From: Octopus sinensis
Taxonomy: Eukaryota
DNA: 64,000 bases
Direction of reading: 5' to 3'
Assembly (NCBI RefSeq): GCF_006345805.1
Contig: NC_042999.1
Location: 137,268,001 to 137,332,000, forward strand
The position numbers were made by a program, and so were the translations under genes. This document shows positions 39,913 through 53,079 of the stretch, piece by piece; the stretch's first letter is position 1, and the number at the start of each line of letters is the position of its first letter. A model generated the notes under the pieces. It did no database searches. It was given only the letters and a program-made list of their open reading frames with translations, and was not told where the DNA came from.

Positions 39913-42900
39913 CAGTCGGATCGCTGATGTTTGTTGTGCATTCCACTGTTGTTTTCTGCTTGCTGTCATTCTGTGCATCTGAGTGTAAAGATCAGTTATG
40001 TTTTGCAGGGTTGTTTCAATTTTAACCTTAACTTAGAAATGGAGAAAGATATAATGAAACTATATTTCTGTCTTATTGTTAAATTATCAGTGCACATATA
40101 AGTTTGCGGTGTGCATTAGGTCTCTTACTTTCTTTTATACATGTCTTATGCGAAATCTGTGATGAGCCTGAGTGACGCTGATGACCTGGAGTTGCCTCTG
40201 GATGTAATGTATAATTAGAGTGGAGTGTATTATTTTATCAGCCAGGCTGCCAGCCACTATATTTACTACATCTACGCTATATGTAATCTCTTGGAGAAGC
40301 ACATTTTCTTGAATAATTCTAAAGTCCTTGAAAATGTATTTATATTAGATCAATTTAGCAACAATATTGAATGTTTTATGACTCTATAATTTATCAATAC
40401 TTTTCAGTTAAAACTTTTCTTTTAAGAGTTTGCCAGGTATTAATACTATTATATTCTAAACTCTTAAAACATCTCTCAAAACTTTACCACATTCTCTTGT
40501 TATAAGCTTTCCCATTATATTGTTTTGATTGGACAAATTTAGTTATATATAACGCATATTTGTCCATTCAAATTCCACATCTTTTCAAAACCCTTCTTAC
40601 ATTTAAACAGTCTTTAAACTCTAAACCTAGTAATTCTAATATATTCTTATCAACATAACTGGTTATTTATCGATGTTTTTGGTCTTCTTCACCTTTATTA
40701 CCCATCATTAACTGTAGCTGAATGATATCATAAAATTCTGTTGGAATCAATAATGGGCTGAGGATAATCAAATATAATTACTAGAATTTTAGGAGATCAA
40801 AGGTGGTTTGCATTAGAAGAGTCAATAAAAACAAAATGAAATAAAAAGTGTTCTGTGAGGTGAAACATTTAACCTTTTGGTCAGTGCTGTTTAGCAGAGA
40901 TTGAGAGAGCTTAAGAAAGCAGCAATTAGAATTATTGAGTCATATTCTCTCATTCTTCAAGAAATGGATCTGCCCAAAACAATGGATATTTCTTTTTCTT
41001 GCACGAAACTAATATACCTCATGTGTTTGCTGTTTTCACTGACTGTTCAAAAGAGTTAAGTAAAAGCAAGCATTTTTTTTTTTTTTTTTTTTTTTACCAA
41101 AATACCTCCCACAGAAAAATCCTTAAAGTGTATTTAGTGATATTTAAAAGTTTGAATAAATAAGGAACAAAAATAGTCAAAATCTAACTAGAACAGAGCT
41201 GGATACTTGAAATGAAATAATAATTCCTCAAGTAAAATATAAAATGTTTTGTTAGTTTGACACACAAAATATATAAATAATGAATTGGGCAATATATAAA
41301 TGTATTTACACTCACTCACTTATTGCTGTTTATTTGGTTTCTATAAAATAATGGTCATCATATAGCAAACCAGAAGATTGTGACAGTATTAAAGAACATG
41401 TATAACTTATTGATTATTAATCATTTTATAGTAATTTTGGTCAACTTGTATTATTGATTTCCTCAGTCTGTTGAATTGACTCCTGTATATAGTCAGCACT
41501 TATTTTATTGACCATAAACTTTAGATTTGAATTAAGAATCAAAGATAGACTAAATACTGGTAATCTGCTGCTTGTCCCATCAATTTATTTGGTTCTTTAT
41601 TTTTTATTGCTATTACCTGAATGTGTCAGTGCTTTAGTACTTGTTCCATATGAACAAATGAGATATCTTCACTTCTAAATATAATGAAAGTATGTTGTAA
41701 ATTTTACAAACCAATATAATATTCATTAATTATACAATAGATCTAAAAACTTATCTGTTTCTATATATGGTGCCTGTTTAAAGCTGAGCTAATGAAAGTG
41801 TAGTATCTTGAGGAAATACAAATTAAGACTAGTAGTCTGACTCCCTATTATCTCAGCTAGCTATTGGTCTTTGTACATATTTTGTATAAATATCAGTCAA
41901 AGTTAGTCAAATATTTTGTCCAAAGTAAGTCCACAATCTAAGAAATTAAGACTGAATGGGTGACCCTTTTTTTGAGTTTCAATATAAAAATATGTCCACA
42001 CAAGCAACTGGTTTTTCATCTAAATCAATTTTATTCAAAAGCAAATACATCATGCCTTTCAAATTCGTTTCTACTCGATATAATTAATTTTCATCAGTTT
42101 CAGTAAATATCTCCATTAATATCAAAATAAATCTGCAGCACAAACATGTGTTTTAGATTTCTAAAAGACTTGACTTAATCCACCCTTTCAAAACAGTACA
42201 CATCAATGATTTAATGTCTTATGGGTACAACAATAATAATGAAATTTAAGTTGTGTTTGTATAAAAAACATAGTATTTAAAAGTAAATGCTTCAGTATAC
42301 TAAAATACTGTAATGAAATACAAGTTTATTACATTAGTTATTCTGTACTAAATGAAATATTTGATATCTTGAACTAATTTCTTTTGAAGTATTTGGGTGT
42401 GTTTAGGGATTTGTTTTCTTCATTTTAAACTTTTATAAAATGTATGATATTGAATAGAAAATTAAAATCCTTTGACAAGCAAATATATAGCAGACTGAAT
42501 AATATGTAGAACTCAAATCTTCTGGTATTAGTTTATCCTTATTAGTATTAAATACTATATCGTGTTCTTCTTTTTATATTTTTCTTAAAAACTATTTTAC
42601 ATTCTTTTGTTCCCTGTATAAGGTCAAGGGTAATTTATGGGGAGACTGTGTTGTTGTTTTTACTGGATTAAGACTTGGTGTCATATTCAGCTAAAACATA
42701 GACTCTTTTCTTAGCTGACAATAGGATATGATTTATGGAAAATTTGTTTGCTATTTCTCTCAAGTTGAGTGACATCTAAAAGTTCCAAACCCTCTTGCTA
42801 TTTCCATTGTATTGCCTGTGGCCAATAGCCAAATATAACTAGCTCTAACTCGATTCCATGTGAGCTTGCCAAATTAACACTAAGTATGGCCCATGTGTAC

Positions 42901-42967
42901 TAGATTTCACTGCTGTAAAATTGATAATTGTTATATTAAGATGCAGTACTGAGTTGTTAATAATCAT

Positions 42968-43790
42968 TATCATCATTTTACATCCATTTTCCATGCTTGC
43001 ATGGGTTGGACAAATCTTCTTTAGCACAGCATCTCGCCAGTTGTTGCAGCTCCTTATTGCTTTTGTGAGGTTCACCAACCTGAGATCAGTCTTCACCATG
43101 TCTTCCCAGATCCTTCTCTTCCACAGGTTCCTTCTACTTGAATTGCATAACTGTCATCCTGAAAATAATCACGTGTCCATACTGGCACATTATCCCTTCT
43201 TGCACACTACAGTCAATTCGCCTTATATCCAGGTTTTGTCTCAATTCATTTGAGCCCTGTTGTTTATGCACACGAATATTACATAGCCAGCAGAGCATGC
43301 TTGCCGCATTTTCTTTTTATTAGCCTATGCACATCCTTTGCATTCCTGCAATATTGCACTTCATACACAAGCATCATGCAATCTGCTCTTCATTCACTGA
43401 GAAAGAATTTAGTGGAAAGTCTTCCAGGCATTTGAAAGAATGAATTTTATGGGTGCTCTTACTGCTAAGTACAATTCAGCACCTGCTACATGTAAAGTCG
43501 TTTCACGGTCTAATTGTGATCTTTCTGTATCTTTGTGTTTACATCATGTACACCAAATGGAATACTTACCTACTTCTTTTCAGCATATCAAGCCACTTCT
43601 CATAGAGCAGCAGAGTTCTGTCTTCTCTACTACCAATTAAAAGTTTTGTCTTGACAAGGTTTATATTAAAATCTACTGATTCTAGACTTTGTATTCGTGT
43701 TTGGAATTTCTTTTTGAATCCTTCAACAGTCATCAGCATACACAAATTTACACAGATGGTTTTAAAATCCTTTTATGGTGTAGGTGACTA
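42968..43790 (-). mobile_element. Degraded RTE LINE 3' fragment
   Basis: RTE-type tail (catcattttacatccattttccatgcttgcatgggttggac) followed by decayed post-RT coding sequence on the minus strand. Confidence 0.55.
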
Positions 43791-44972
43791 TAATAAACTG
43801 AAAAGAACTGAGATTTGAACCCTGATGGGTACCTACTATCACACTAAGTTCTTTGCTGACATTCCTGTACATAGCTGGCACAGTTCTCATAGGCAATTCC
43901 TCTATCCCTACTTTTCTTAGTGACCAGATTACAGAGCATGGTGTTATCTTAGTAGGAAGAGAACCTTGGTGGTACCCTGATTTGCCACAATTCTGAACTG
44001 CCTTTCATGTGGCTAATTAATTGATTGTTGTGTTATATCATCATCATAGACTGGTCCTTAATGACTATGCATATGTATAGGCTCAAGAGTAGATTATTCT
44101 CTTCCATAGGTCTCTGCTCAGAGCTGCTGTGATATCAATGTTCATAACTTTGTTCTTTTATTCTGGTAAAAAGTTTACTTTTATGGGCCAATGTTTTATC
44201 AGAGGAATGTTTATTAAAGCTCAGGAAGATTAAGTCGAGTGCCAGCTTGGTGGATCCATAGCATTTGGGAATTATTAGATTAAGATATAAATTTGATGAG
44301 AATCTCACTTGTATCATTTGTATAAGAAGCTGACATATAGTGAAACCTGTCACATTTACTATGGACATTGTTGGATTGACCTTGCAATAATTGTTTCTAT
44401 CCTTTGATGAATATGACCCCTACCCATAGGTTTACTGTACTAGAAGTATCATTATTAAAGGGAAATAGGTACAAGGGCTGACACTCAAATATTTAGGATA
44501 CAGTCCATTGAGAAATTAATTTCCAAGAAGTATTTATCACAAGAGATATTAACCATCTTCGTTGGTTTCTTTCTCTCTGGCCTTTTCTTTCTTTTTATGG
44601 AATGTTCCTTAGATATTATTCATTATGATATTTTGTTCTTCAGAATATATTTGTTCTAGCATTCTTTGAGAACATTCTGAAATTTTTTTCTACTCAAACT
44701 TCTCAAGACCTCAGACTAAGCAACATTTGCAGTCTCTGTCTAAAACCTTTGTGATTCCCTATTTTAGTAAGTTTGAATGACTATATGAAGGTTCCATCAC
44801 TGTTTTATTAAATAATGTTAGTGGGGCTCTGTCAACTGAATGACTGTAAATCCACCAGCAGTTCAGTACCCCATCAACTCAACCAGGAGACTCAATCTTC
44901 TGGTGAACTAAAATACAATTACTAATCTCTATAAGCTCAACACATTTCTTTCACACAAGTCATATTTTACAG

Positions 44973-44984
44973 ATAATGATGCAG
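44973..44984 (+). CDS. Candidate 12-nt microexon E10 (phase 1-1): xNDA
   Basis: Branch-like tactaat upstream, then catattttacag|ATAATGATGCAG|gtaagc; frame-preserving, canonical sites on both sides. Confidence 0.6.
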
Positions 44985-46379
44985 GTAAGCTTCTGTTAAA
45001 TGAAAACTGCAATTTGATTTCAATTCCTTGTAGTAATAATTTTAGTAATCTTGTCATTACATATCCAACAAAGGTATGAAAATAAAACTTAAAACAGCAG
45101 TATATATTTTAATAGGTAGAAGCAAAAGAGTGACTCAGGAGCTGGGAATTTCATGCTTTGACACTTATCGGACTTTGATAAGTATCAATGCATGAAACTC
45201 AGATTTTGAGTCACTGTGTGTGTGTGTGTGTGTGTGTGAAAGAGAGAACAACTAAAACAATGAGAAATGTATTGTGACCAGCAGTGGGGAAAAAAAACTT
45301 CTGATAGTTTGGCACATACAGGGATATGTATGTATGTTTTAAATCAAAGATTGGAATTTATGGTATTTTTAATTCTATAGTTACAATTGTTTCAATATAA
45401 CATGGGAGACCTATTTTATGAACATATATATCAATATGAATATTAGGAGTTCATAATATAATATAATACACACACACACACACACACATATATCTTTTTA
45501 AGAACCCATGTACTACATTTCTTCATGCTTAGTCTAAAAAAATATTATCTTTTGAGACTCAGTCTGAAAAAATGCCCTTCGGTACTCAAATCATCATCAT
45601 TCAATGTCTGTTTTCTATGCTGGCTTGGCTGGCTGGTTTGATAAGAGCTGGCAAGCCAAAGGGCTGTACCAAGCCCTTTTATCTGTTTTGGCATGGGTTA
45701 CCAAAGTGACTAGAAGTGGCTTCCTTTTGAGCAGGTAAGGTATATATTAAAACAGAAATGAAGAGGCAAACAGTTTGGCAGGACTTGACAAGGACATCTA
45801 ATTTAGTTATATAATAAAAAGGTATACTTAGTCTCTAACAGCTTTTTCTAGAATATCCCTGCTATTGGAACATTGTGTTGAGTAAGGATTCCATAGGGCA
45901 AGCATTCCATCATTGGAGAGAGATAGGTTAAACACACACCTTTTTATTATATAGCTCAATTAAATGTCCTTGTCAATTCTTACCAATTCTTGCCTCTTCA
46001 TTTCTGTTCTAATATATGTATGTATATGTATATGTGCAGTTCAGCAAAAAGAGACCAATAAAGTAAGTACAAGGGTTAAAAAATAAAGTACTGTCATTGA
46101 TTCCTTCAACTAAAATTCTGTATATATAAGCTCATTTAATAGACATAGTTTCATGCCTCTGAAAATAAAATCGTTAGACAAGTTTGTATAGTATGCCATC
46201 TATTTCCCAGCAATTATTCAGACTAAACCATGTCCGGCCATTGTATCTTCAAAGGCATGAAACTAATAGTAGCTCACATTTAAATCCTGTCTTATTAAAT
46301 TACATTTGTCACTCACTAAATAGAGTTTTTTTTTGTTGATCTCATTAATGATGGAGCAGTATATATATATATATATATA

Positions 46380-46666
46380 CCAGGCTCCAATCTGATCTGG
46401 CAGAGTTCAGACTGGAGTCTGGTGCAGCCATCTGGTTCGCCAGTCCTCAGTCAAATGGCCGTTTGCCAGCTCCATCTGGCACCTGTGCGGGTGGCACATA
46501 AAAAGCACCCACTACACTCACGGAGTGGTTGGCGTTAGGAAGGGCATCCAGCCGTAGAAACACTGCCAGATCAGACTGGGCCTGATGCAGCCTTCTGGCT
46601 TCACAGACCCCAGTTGAACCGTCCAACCCATGCTAGCATGGAAAGCGGACGCTAAATGATGATGAT
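46380..46666 (+). mobile_element. Young RTE 3'-end copy with a rearranged 5' part
   Basis: 46490-46666 nearly identical to the reverse complement of 28043-28233; 46380-46407 is an inverted fragment of the same family; inserted in a (TA)n tract. Confidence 0.85.
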
Positions 46667-47393
46667 ATATATACCACACATAACCTAACATGCCTAAGTC
46701 AGTTGGGATAATAATGGGCATTTTTGATTGATATTTGAACTGTTAATTTAATTCTATGTGTATACGTGTATATCTATTCTTGTATGTATGAAAGCAAATG
46801 AAAGGTTTAAAACTTCACTTTTGTGTTATTTTATTCAAGTGAACTTCATGACAGTATTAAGTTGTATGATGTAAAACTTTGATTTTGTTACTTCGCTGTT
46901 TTTTTATTATGTTTTCACAATTATATTTAATTAGATGACTTTGTATAACTTTTTATTCAAGGTTATTTATGTCAAAGTGAATTTTATAATCTTTCTCAAA
47001 CATTTGCTGTTTTTCTGGTTTAGTTTTTGGGAAAAATATTTCATACAAACCATGAATTAATGTTCTTTACATATATATATATATATATATATTCTCTACT
47101 GAAACTGGAGCAACAATATTGAATGGATATATTTTATTGCTTGTAGTAATATTTATGAAAATGTTACATAAAGAAGCAAATAGAAAAGTTAACTATTAAA
47201 AAAAATCTGCCATGACATTTATTTATCAGTATGTGTCTTGTCTGTCATTTTATTCATTTCAAAAGCACTTTTCTGTGATTGTACATGAGATTTTTTTATT
47301 AATTTGGAACTCTTTGATTTTGAGGGGGGATTTGAAAAAATTTTAATAACTTAAATGCTGTGTTTTAGCTGATTTTCTTGTTCTCTGTTCCAG

Positions 47394-47478
47394 TCGATTT
47401 CATTGGAGGATTTGACTCGTATACCTCCTATCAGTCACAGGGCAAAGGCTCCCACATGCAGCTGCAACCCTTGTACTC
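47394..47478 (+). CDS. Candidate 85-nt internal exon E11: xDFIGGFDSYTSYQSQGKGSHMQLQPLYS (phase 1); also open as SISLEDLTRIPPISHRAKAPTCSCNPCT (phase 0)
   Basis: Strong acceptor gattttcttgttctctgttccag| and donor CTC|gtatgt; GC-elevated island; two frames open throughout. Confidence 0.65.
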
Positions 47479-48361
47479 GTATGTAGTCCTAAGATACTTG
47501 TCTCTTCCATCAGTGGCATCCCCTTAACATATTAAACAATCCATTTCCACTATCCCTTTCTCTTGCTAATTTTTTTTTTAACCTTCTGAATGTCTTGTTT
47601 GACTAAATTACAATTTTTGTTTGTGGGTGGCCTAATTAACCCCTTTATATTTATCTATCAGTAATTTTTGTTATTGTTATGAGGGATAGGTCAGCTCTGA
47701 TCAAGCAGATATATAGCATGTAAATCATTGACCAAATAACATTTGTTGTCCCAGATATACATACCTAAATCATGTATATTTGAATAGTAATTAATTGTAT
47801 GGGGCATAGTGTAACAACCTGGATATATTGAGCAAAGTCATATTCTTTATTAGTTTTTTTTTAGTGAGGGAGTAATGACCACTTAAGTGATAAAGTATTG
47901 TACTTCTGCCTCCTGTTGGGTGGTGACTGCATAGAAGTATTTGACCAAAACTGTGAAAGACTCTGTTAAAAAATTTTCTGACCATTGCCTATCACATCTG
48001 TTTGCACTTAAAAATTTAGCAATATTATGCCATTTTCTTATGGGCTTATTCTTTTATGGATCAGTTTTGCTTAGATCTAGGATTGGTTTGATACTGGTTT
48101 GGGGAAATTGGTTTTTAACTCAAAATAATGGACATTCTATAAAAGAATTATTCATCAATTCTTGCAATTGCAGCATTGCAGAGAAAGATCAGATGAAATT
48201 TGGGGGTTATTGATGGAGCAAAAGAATTTTCAGTTGGAGATGCTTCAGAATAAATTTAATTTTAGCTGAATTTGTCTTGTATGCTTTGTCTTGCCTCTAA
48301 AGTGTCCTTCATAATAGACAAGTTGTGCTTGAGCTTGTCATAAACATCACCAATATTTTAG

Positions 48362-48392
48362 GGACCTTCACCTGACGCCTACTAAGAGCTAG
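48362..48392 (+). CDS. Candidate 31-nt exon E12 (phase 2): (S)DLHLTPTKS* with the stop at the exon end
   Basis: caatattttag|GG acceptor and strong donor TAG|gtgagc; continues the E11 phase-1 frame. A minus-strand alternative (48373-48424) exists. Confidence 0.35.
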
Positions 48393-51019
48393 GTGAGCTT
48401 GGTTATTGGCCTCGGGAACAATACTGTAGCAGTGACAATATAAATGTTATGGTTATCCTGCACTCTATTGACGTAACCATCTGTCTTGTCAGTATTTGAG
48501 ATATAATACTGATATTAAACAGTTTTTATGTAATATTACTTTCAATTTTTTTATTTTATTTCCAAATAGAATCAATTCAAAATTATAAGTCTTTAAAGTA
48601 CACTACCATTATGATTTCATGCTTATATGAAGTAGTGTTCATTTAATTCCATCCTTTATTTAGCAAATAGGTGGGAGCGGGGAAAGGGAAATGTGGCCGC
48701 CCATAATGGATGTTCTATTAATTTTTTTAAAACTAATTTGTTGCATGAGACATGCTATTTGTCCTATCCTGCTCTTAAAGGTAGTCTGCCTTGTAAAATC
48801 ATAACTTTGTCCACCAACTTCTCCAATATTGAAGTCAGATATTTTTTCACCTCATCACTACCACCAAGCTCTCTTTACTAAAGAATGTGATGTCTATGTT
48901 ACCCATCTGCATCAACATGTTTCAATTCTAAGATAGCTTAATTTTGGTTAATCTTTCACAGTATTAATTGTTACAGTTGCCTGTTTCTTTTTGTTTTGTA
49001 TGGTTTATATTTTATTTAAAGCAGATTACTCATGGTATATTTGTTTTTGTATTCCTTGACTTTAACTAACTGTTAATTTCGAATTTCTTCTGTTGTTAAA
49101 TTCCTTTAAGTGATTACCAAACATTTTTTCTCCTTTTAAGTATTACTAAATCTACATACCTATAAAATATCTTCATGACAGTAGTAGTGAAGTGACAGTT
49201 GTTTCAAACTTCAAATCTTTAGTCAAATATCCAAGGCAGTCATATCTGCCTTTTACTCTTCAAAATTTTATCAAATCTCAGGCATAAATCAATTTAGTTG
49301 ATTATACCACTCTTATACAATTTTCTGGCATACTCTCCTTATAAAAAACTGTTGTCATCTGGTTCATGTATTTGAATTTAATGATTGAAAAGAACAAATA
49401 TTAGTTTTCTAGAATTTTATAATCTGTGGTCTTAATTAGAAAGTCTTTCTATTCCTTGAATTGTTATAGTTATTTGCAGTCAGCAATTCTTTTACAGTTG
49501 ATCATTCCATAACAACACTAATAACCATAATATAGAATCCTTTTAGATTTGGCAATTGGACTAATTTTAGTACTTAGTAACCAAATCTATAAATTAGTTT
49601 GAAACTCTGAATATTTAAAAAAAAAGTATAGTCAAATCTAAGTACTCATTTCTAGTGATGTTGAATTTAAGATCTTGGTTTTATTGTTAAGCCTTCAGTA
49701 TTCTTTCTAAGATTTGAAATATAGTTCTGATCATATCATCAATATGTTTAAGTCTCTGGTTTAGTTATATCTGACTTTAGGACAACAGCTCTGAAATGAA
49801 TTTAAATACCAAGCTAGGATTCATTATTGGATTTATTTTCAACTCTGAGGTTAAATTTAAGGTACTAAATTTAATATTGTAGTAAATTTTAAGGACTCAG
49901 CCCTGATGCTGTTGAATTTTAAATTCTGGTTTTGATAATGAAGTTGAATTTAGTCTATATCAAATCTAGAAATTTAGCTGAGATTATCACTGGAGTTAAA
50001 TTCTCATCTTAGCAACTGAATTTAGATTCTTCAGATCTAGAATCAAAATTCTTATATATTAATCAGGTTCATTAGATTATTTTTTCACCAACAAACTGTT
50101 TGAAAATTTATTCTCCTTTTCTTTTTCCATGGCTTCTGACATATCCTTTAAAAGCACTTCTCATATGTATCTTATGCTTTTAAGACCAACTTGACCGTTC
50201 TTTGTAGTGATATCATTCTTTGCATGGTCCTTCCCTCAGCAAGCATCAGAGTAGAGACAAGCTATTGTTGAAGTCTGCAACCCAGTTTAAATTCCCAGTT
50301 GTAGCCAGACATTTCATTTCACATGTCATTTATGTCTCTTGAAAAGGCATGCACATCACACAATCTCATTTGCTGTACCCATTATATATCTAAGGCTTTG
50401 TGCCCATGTCAAAACTTGATATTTGCATGGTCTTAGCTTATGTGTGCTTTACTCTCAAGCAAAATGATGAATGCTCTTTTAACATAAACATAATGATTTT
50501 ATTTATATACATATATACACACATACATGCACACGCACAAATACATACTGATGTTAAGCTTCTATAGCAATTTGTATATTGAATCCCATTATTGTTTTTG
50601 TTAATATAATTTTTTGATAAAGGAATCTAAATTTTTTTCATGCCAAGTTTAAATTTATTTTTTCATTTATTTCTGTTCACAATTTTATTTTATAAAAAGA
50701 ATGAAAATATTATTTTATTGTTTATCATCATCATTATTATTATTAATAATGATGATTTATTATTATATCATCATTAATAATGTTTGAAACATATTTCAGA
50801 TTGCCTTGTTTCAAATTTTCAGCGTGAGATATTTTTCAAAAACACTTGTAATACTTGTCAGCATGTTATTTTTGTAAAGTATTTCTGAAATGAAAATTAC
50901 TATTGGTCTTTAATATTGATGCTTATTAAAATTTTCTACATGTGTGTGCCTGTATAAAATGTGTGTGTATGTGTATAGGTATAGTAAATGTATGAATTAA
51001 CTCATAGTAAACTCTACTA

Positions 51020-51300
51020 AAACAAACCACTCTATAGGGTGTAAAAACTACATTGATATGGTGGAAGGCAGTTTTAAACAGTATTACTTCAACCACACAT
51101 TAGCCTTCAAAGAAAAAGGAATATGATAAAATAGATATATCTGGTATTTAAAAGAGCATGCCACTGAATTTAACTTTAAGTAGAAAATTGTAGACAGGAA
51201 TAGACCATGTATTTGAAGCGTGTAATTTATGTATAGCTGAGAAAAGGACTAATCTTGAATGTCAGCAATCCCAATAAAATTGCCACCACTTTTGCTAATA
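51020..51300 (+). mobile_element. Penelope-like GIY-YIG endonuclease remnant
   Basis: Translations NYIDMVEGSFKQYYFNHTLAFKEK, RYIWYLKE, KIVDRNRP and CNLCIAEK match the Penelope endonuclease pattern YIG.TE..FK.R..NH..SF / LSKYIW.LK / C.LC..EK. Confidence 0.7.
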
Positions 51301-53036
51301 GTTAAGATTTTGGAAATGCACACAAGCTCTTGATTAAGCTAGCTAATGTTGATCTATTATATACACCTTTTTATTATTAGTTTTGTTTTATGTATATTTT
51401 CACAATACCCTAAATACTATTCTTCTACTAACCCCCAACAAACCATTTTTAAGAACTCCTTAATCCATGAATGATTTCAGACATTCTTTCAAAGTTTTTT
51501 TTTTATTTTGAAAAATGTAAAAGAAATCCCCTAGCTCAGCCAATAGGTTTAAATACAATTGTGCCCCTTGTAACATCTCAGTCATGGCACATAACTGAAA
51601 TCCATTAATGCATTCTACAAATTCATGATTCGTATTAGTTGGTGTGTTTTTTTATGGACAGTCACTAGTTTTATATCATCTGATGATTACTTAAATATCA
51701 TGAAACTATTGATAATAATGCATTAGTTCATACACTGACTATACCGATAATATTTTATTAGCCAAAGATATACCATCTCAAGAATCTACTTTGATGCCAA
51801 TGTATTTAACAAGATAAGTATGTTGGCATAAAATTCTAAGTTTTTGAGTTACTATAGCCTCTCAATTAGTAAAAAAAATATATAAATGCTCTTTCATGTA
51901 TTGAGCTATATTTCTCACATTTGTAAAATTGAATATATATACAAGTATTCAAATTTGCTTGAAGCATTACAGAATATTAAAAATAAAAAGTGGGATTTAG
52001 AAAGTTGCAGCAATGTAGCTGAAGAGTAAGTATAAATGAGAGGAAAGAGATTAAACTGTTATGCTAAAATATTACATATCATTTCAGGTCAATCTTCTAT
52101 GAAGAGTGTTAAGAACAGAACACATTTAGATTTTTTACAGTTTCTAGTCTGTATGAGATGGTAAATTATATGTTTAGGTATGAATAATTTTGGGGTGAAT
52201 ATTTGCTGGTTCTTAACATGTCTAAGCAGGCTCAAACACTACAGTGTATGTCTTATATCCTTTTTATGACATCAGTGTGTTCAACACACTCATCTCAATG
52301 GCACATGGCATTCTGGGACACCAGATTTTGATATGTTGTCTCTCATCAGTCAGAACAAAGCTGCTGGCTTTATTTATACTTTCAGTGAACAAGCTGTTTC
52401 TGATCAGTGTTTATATTTGCCAACTGATAAAAAGTTACTTGCATATTTAACACAGTTTGGTTCAAATGCAAATTATGGTGGCTAGTGGGTTGCAAATTAT
52501 GTTGCATAAAGTATTATTCAGAGTTATTTTACCAGGAATCTATTGTCAGTGAGTAGGTTAAGAGCTACAAGTCTAAAGAAAAAGTGGGGTCAAAAGCTGT
52601 GTTGTATGAAGAACAGTGGGAATGGCTAGATTAGCCAATGAGCATTGTTTAATTCTTGTTAATCATTGATGGCTGGTTTGTGTTGTCTAATGAGAATAGC
52701 TCCTTTGATCTTAAAGTTCCTGACATTTTGGTCTTGCAGCTCAAATAGGTAATATCAGATCATGGTTCTGATATTTATGCAGCTGCTTTTTGGTTGATGA
52801 GGAGTATTTGTATGGAGTTGTTTTTTTTTTTTATGCAAATGTGTTGAACCATGCAGTCATTGTAGCAATCACTACATTTAGTGCACTGTCTTGTGCACCA
52901 AATCCAGGGCCATTTTCCAGTCTTATCTCTCTTTATAAAGAGGTATTTTCATCCAGTCTTAGTTTATTAAATGTTTTAAAGTAAAAGTTTAACCTTTGCC
53001 TAACTGAATCACTGTAGCTATGTATATGTGTGTATG

Positions 53037-53079
<43 letters not shown>

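Noticed and set aside
40159-40260. C/D box snoRNA (GTGATGA at 40159)
   Set aside because: No CTGA D box at a suitable distance and no terminal stem.
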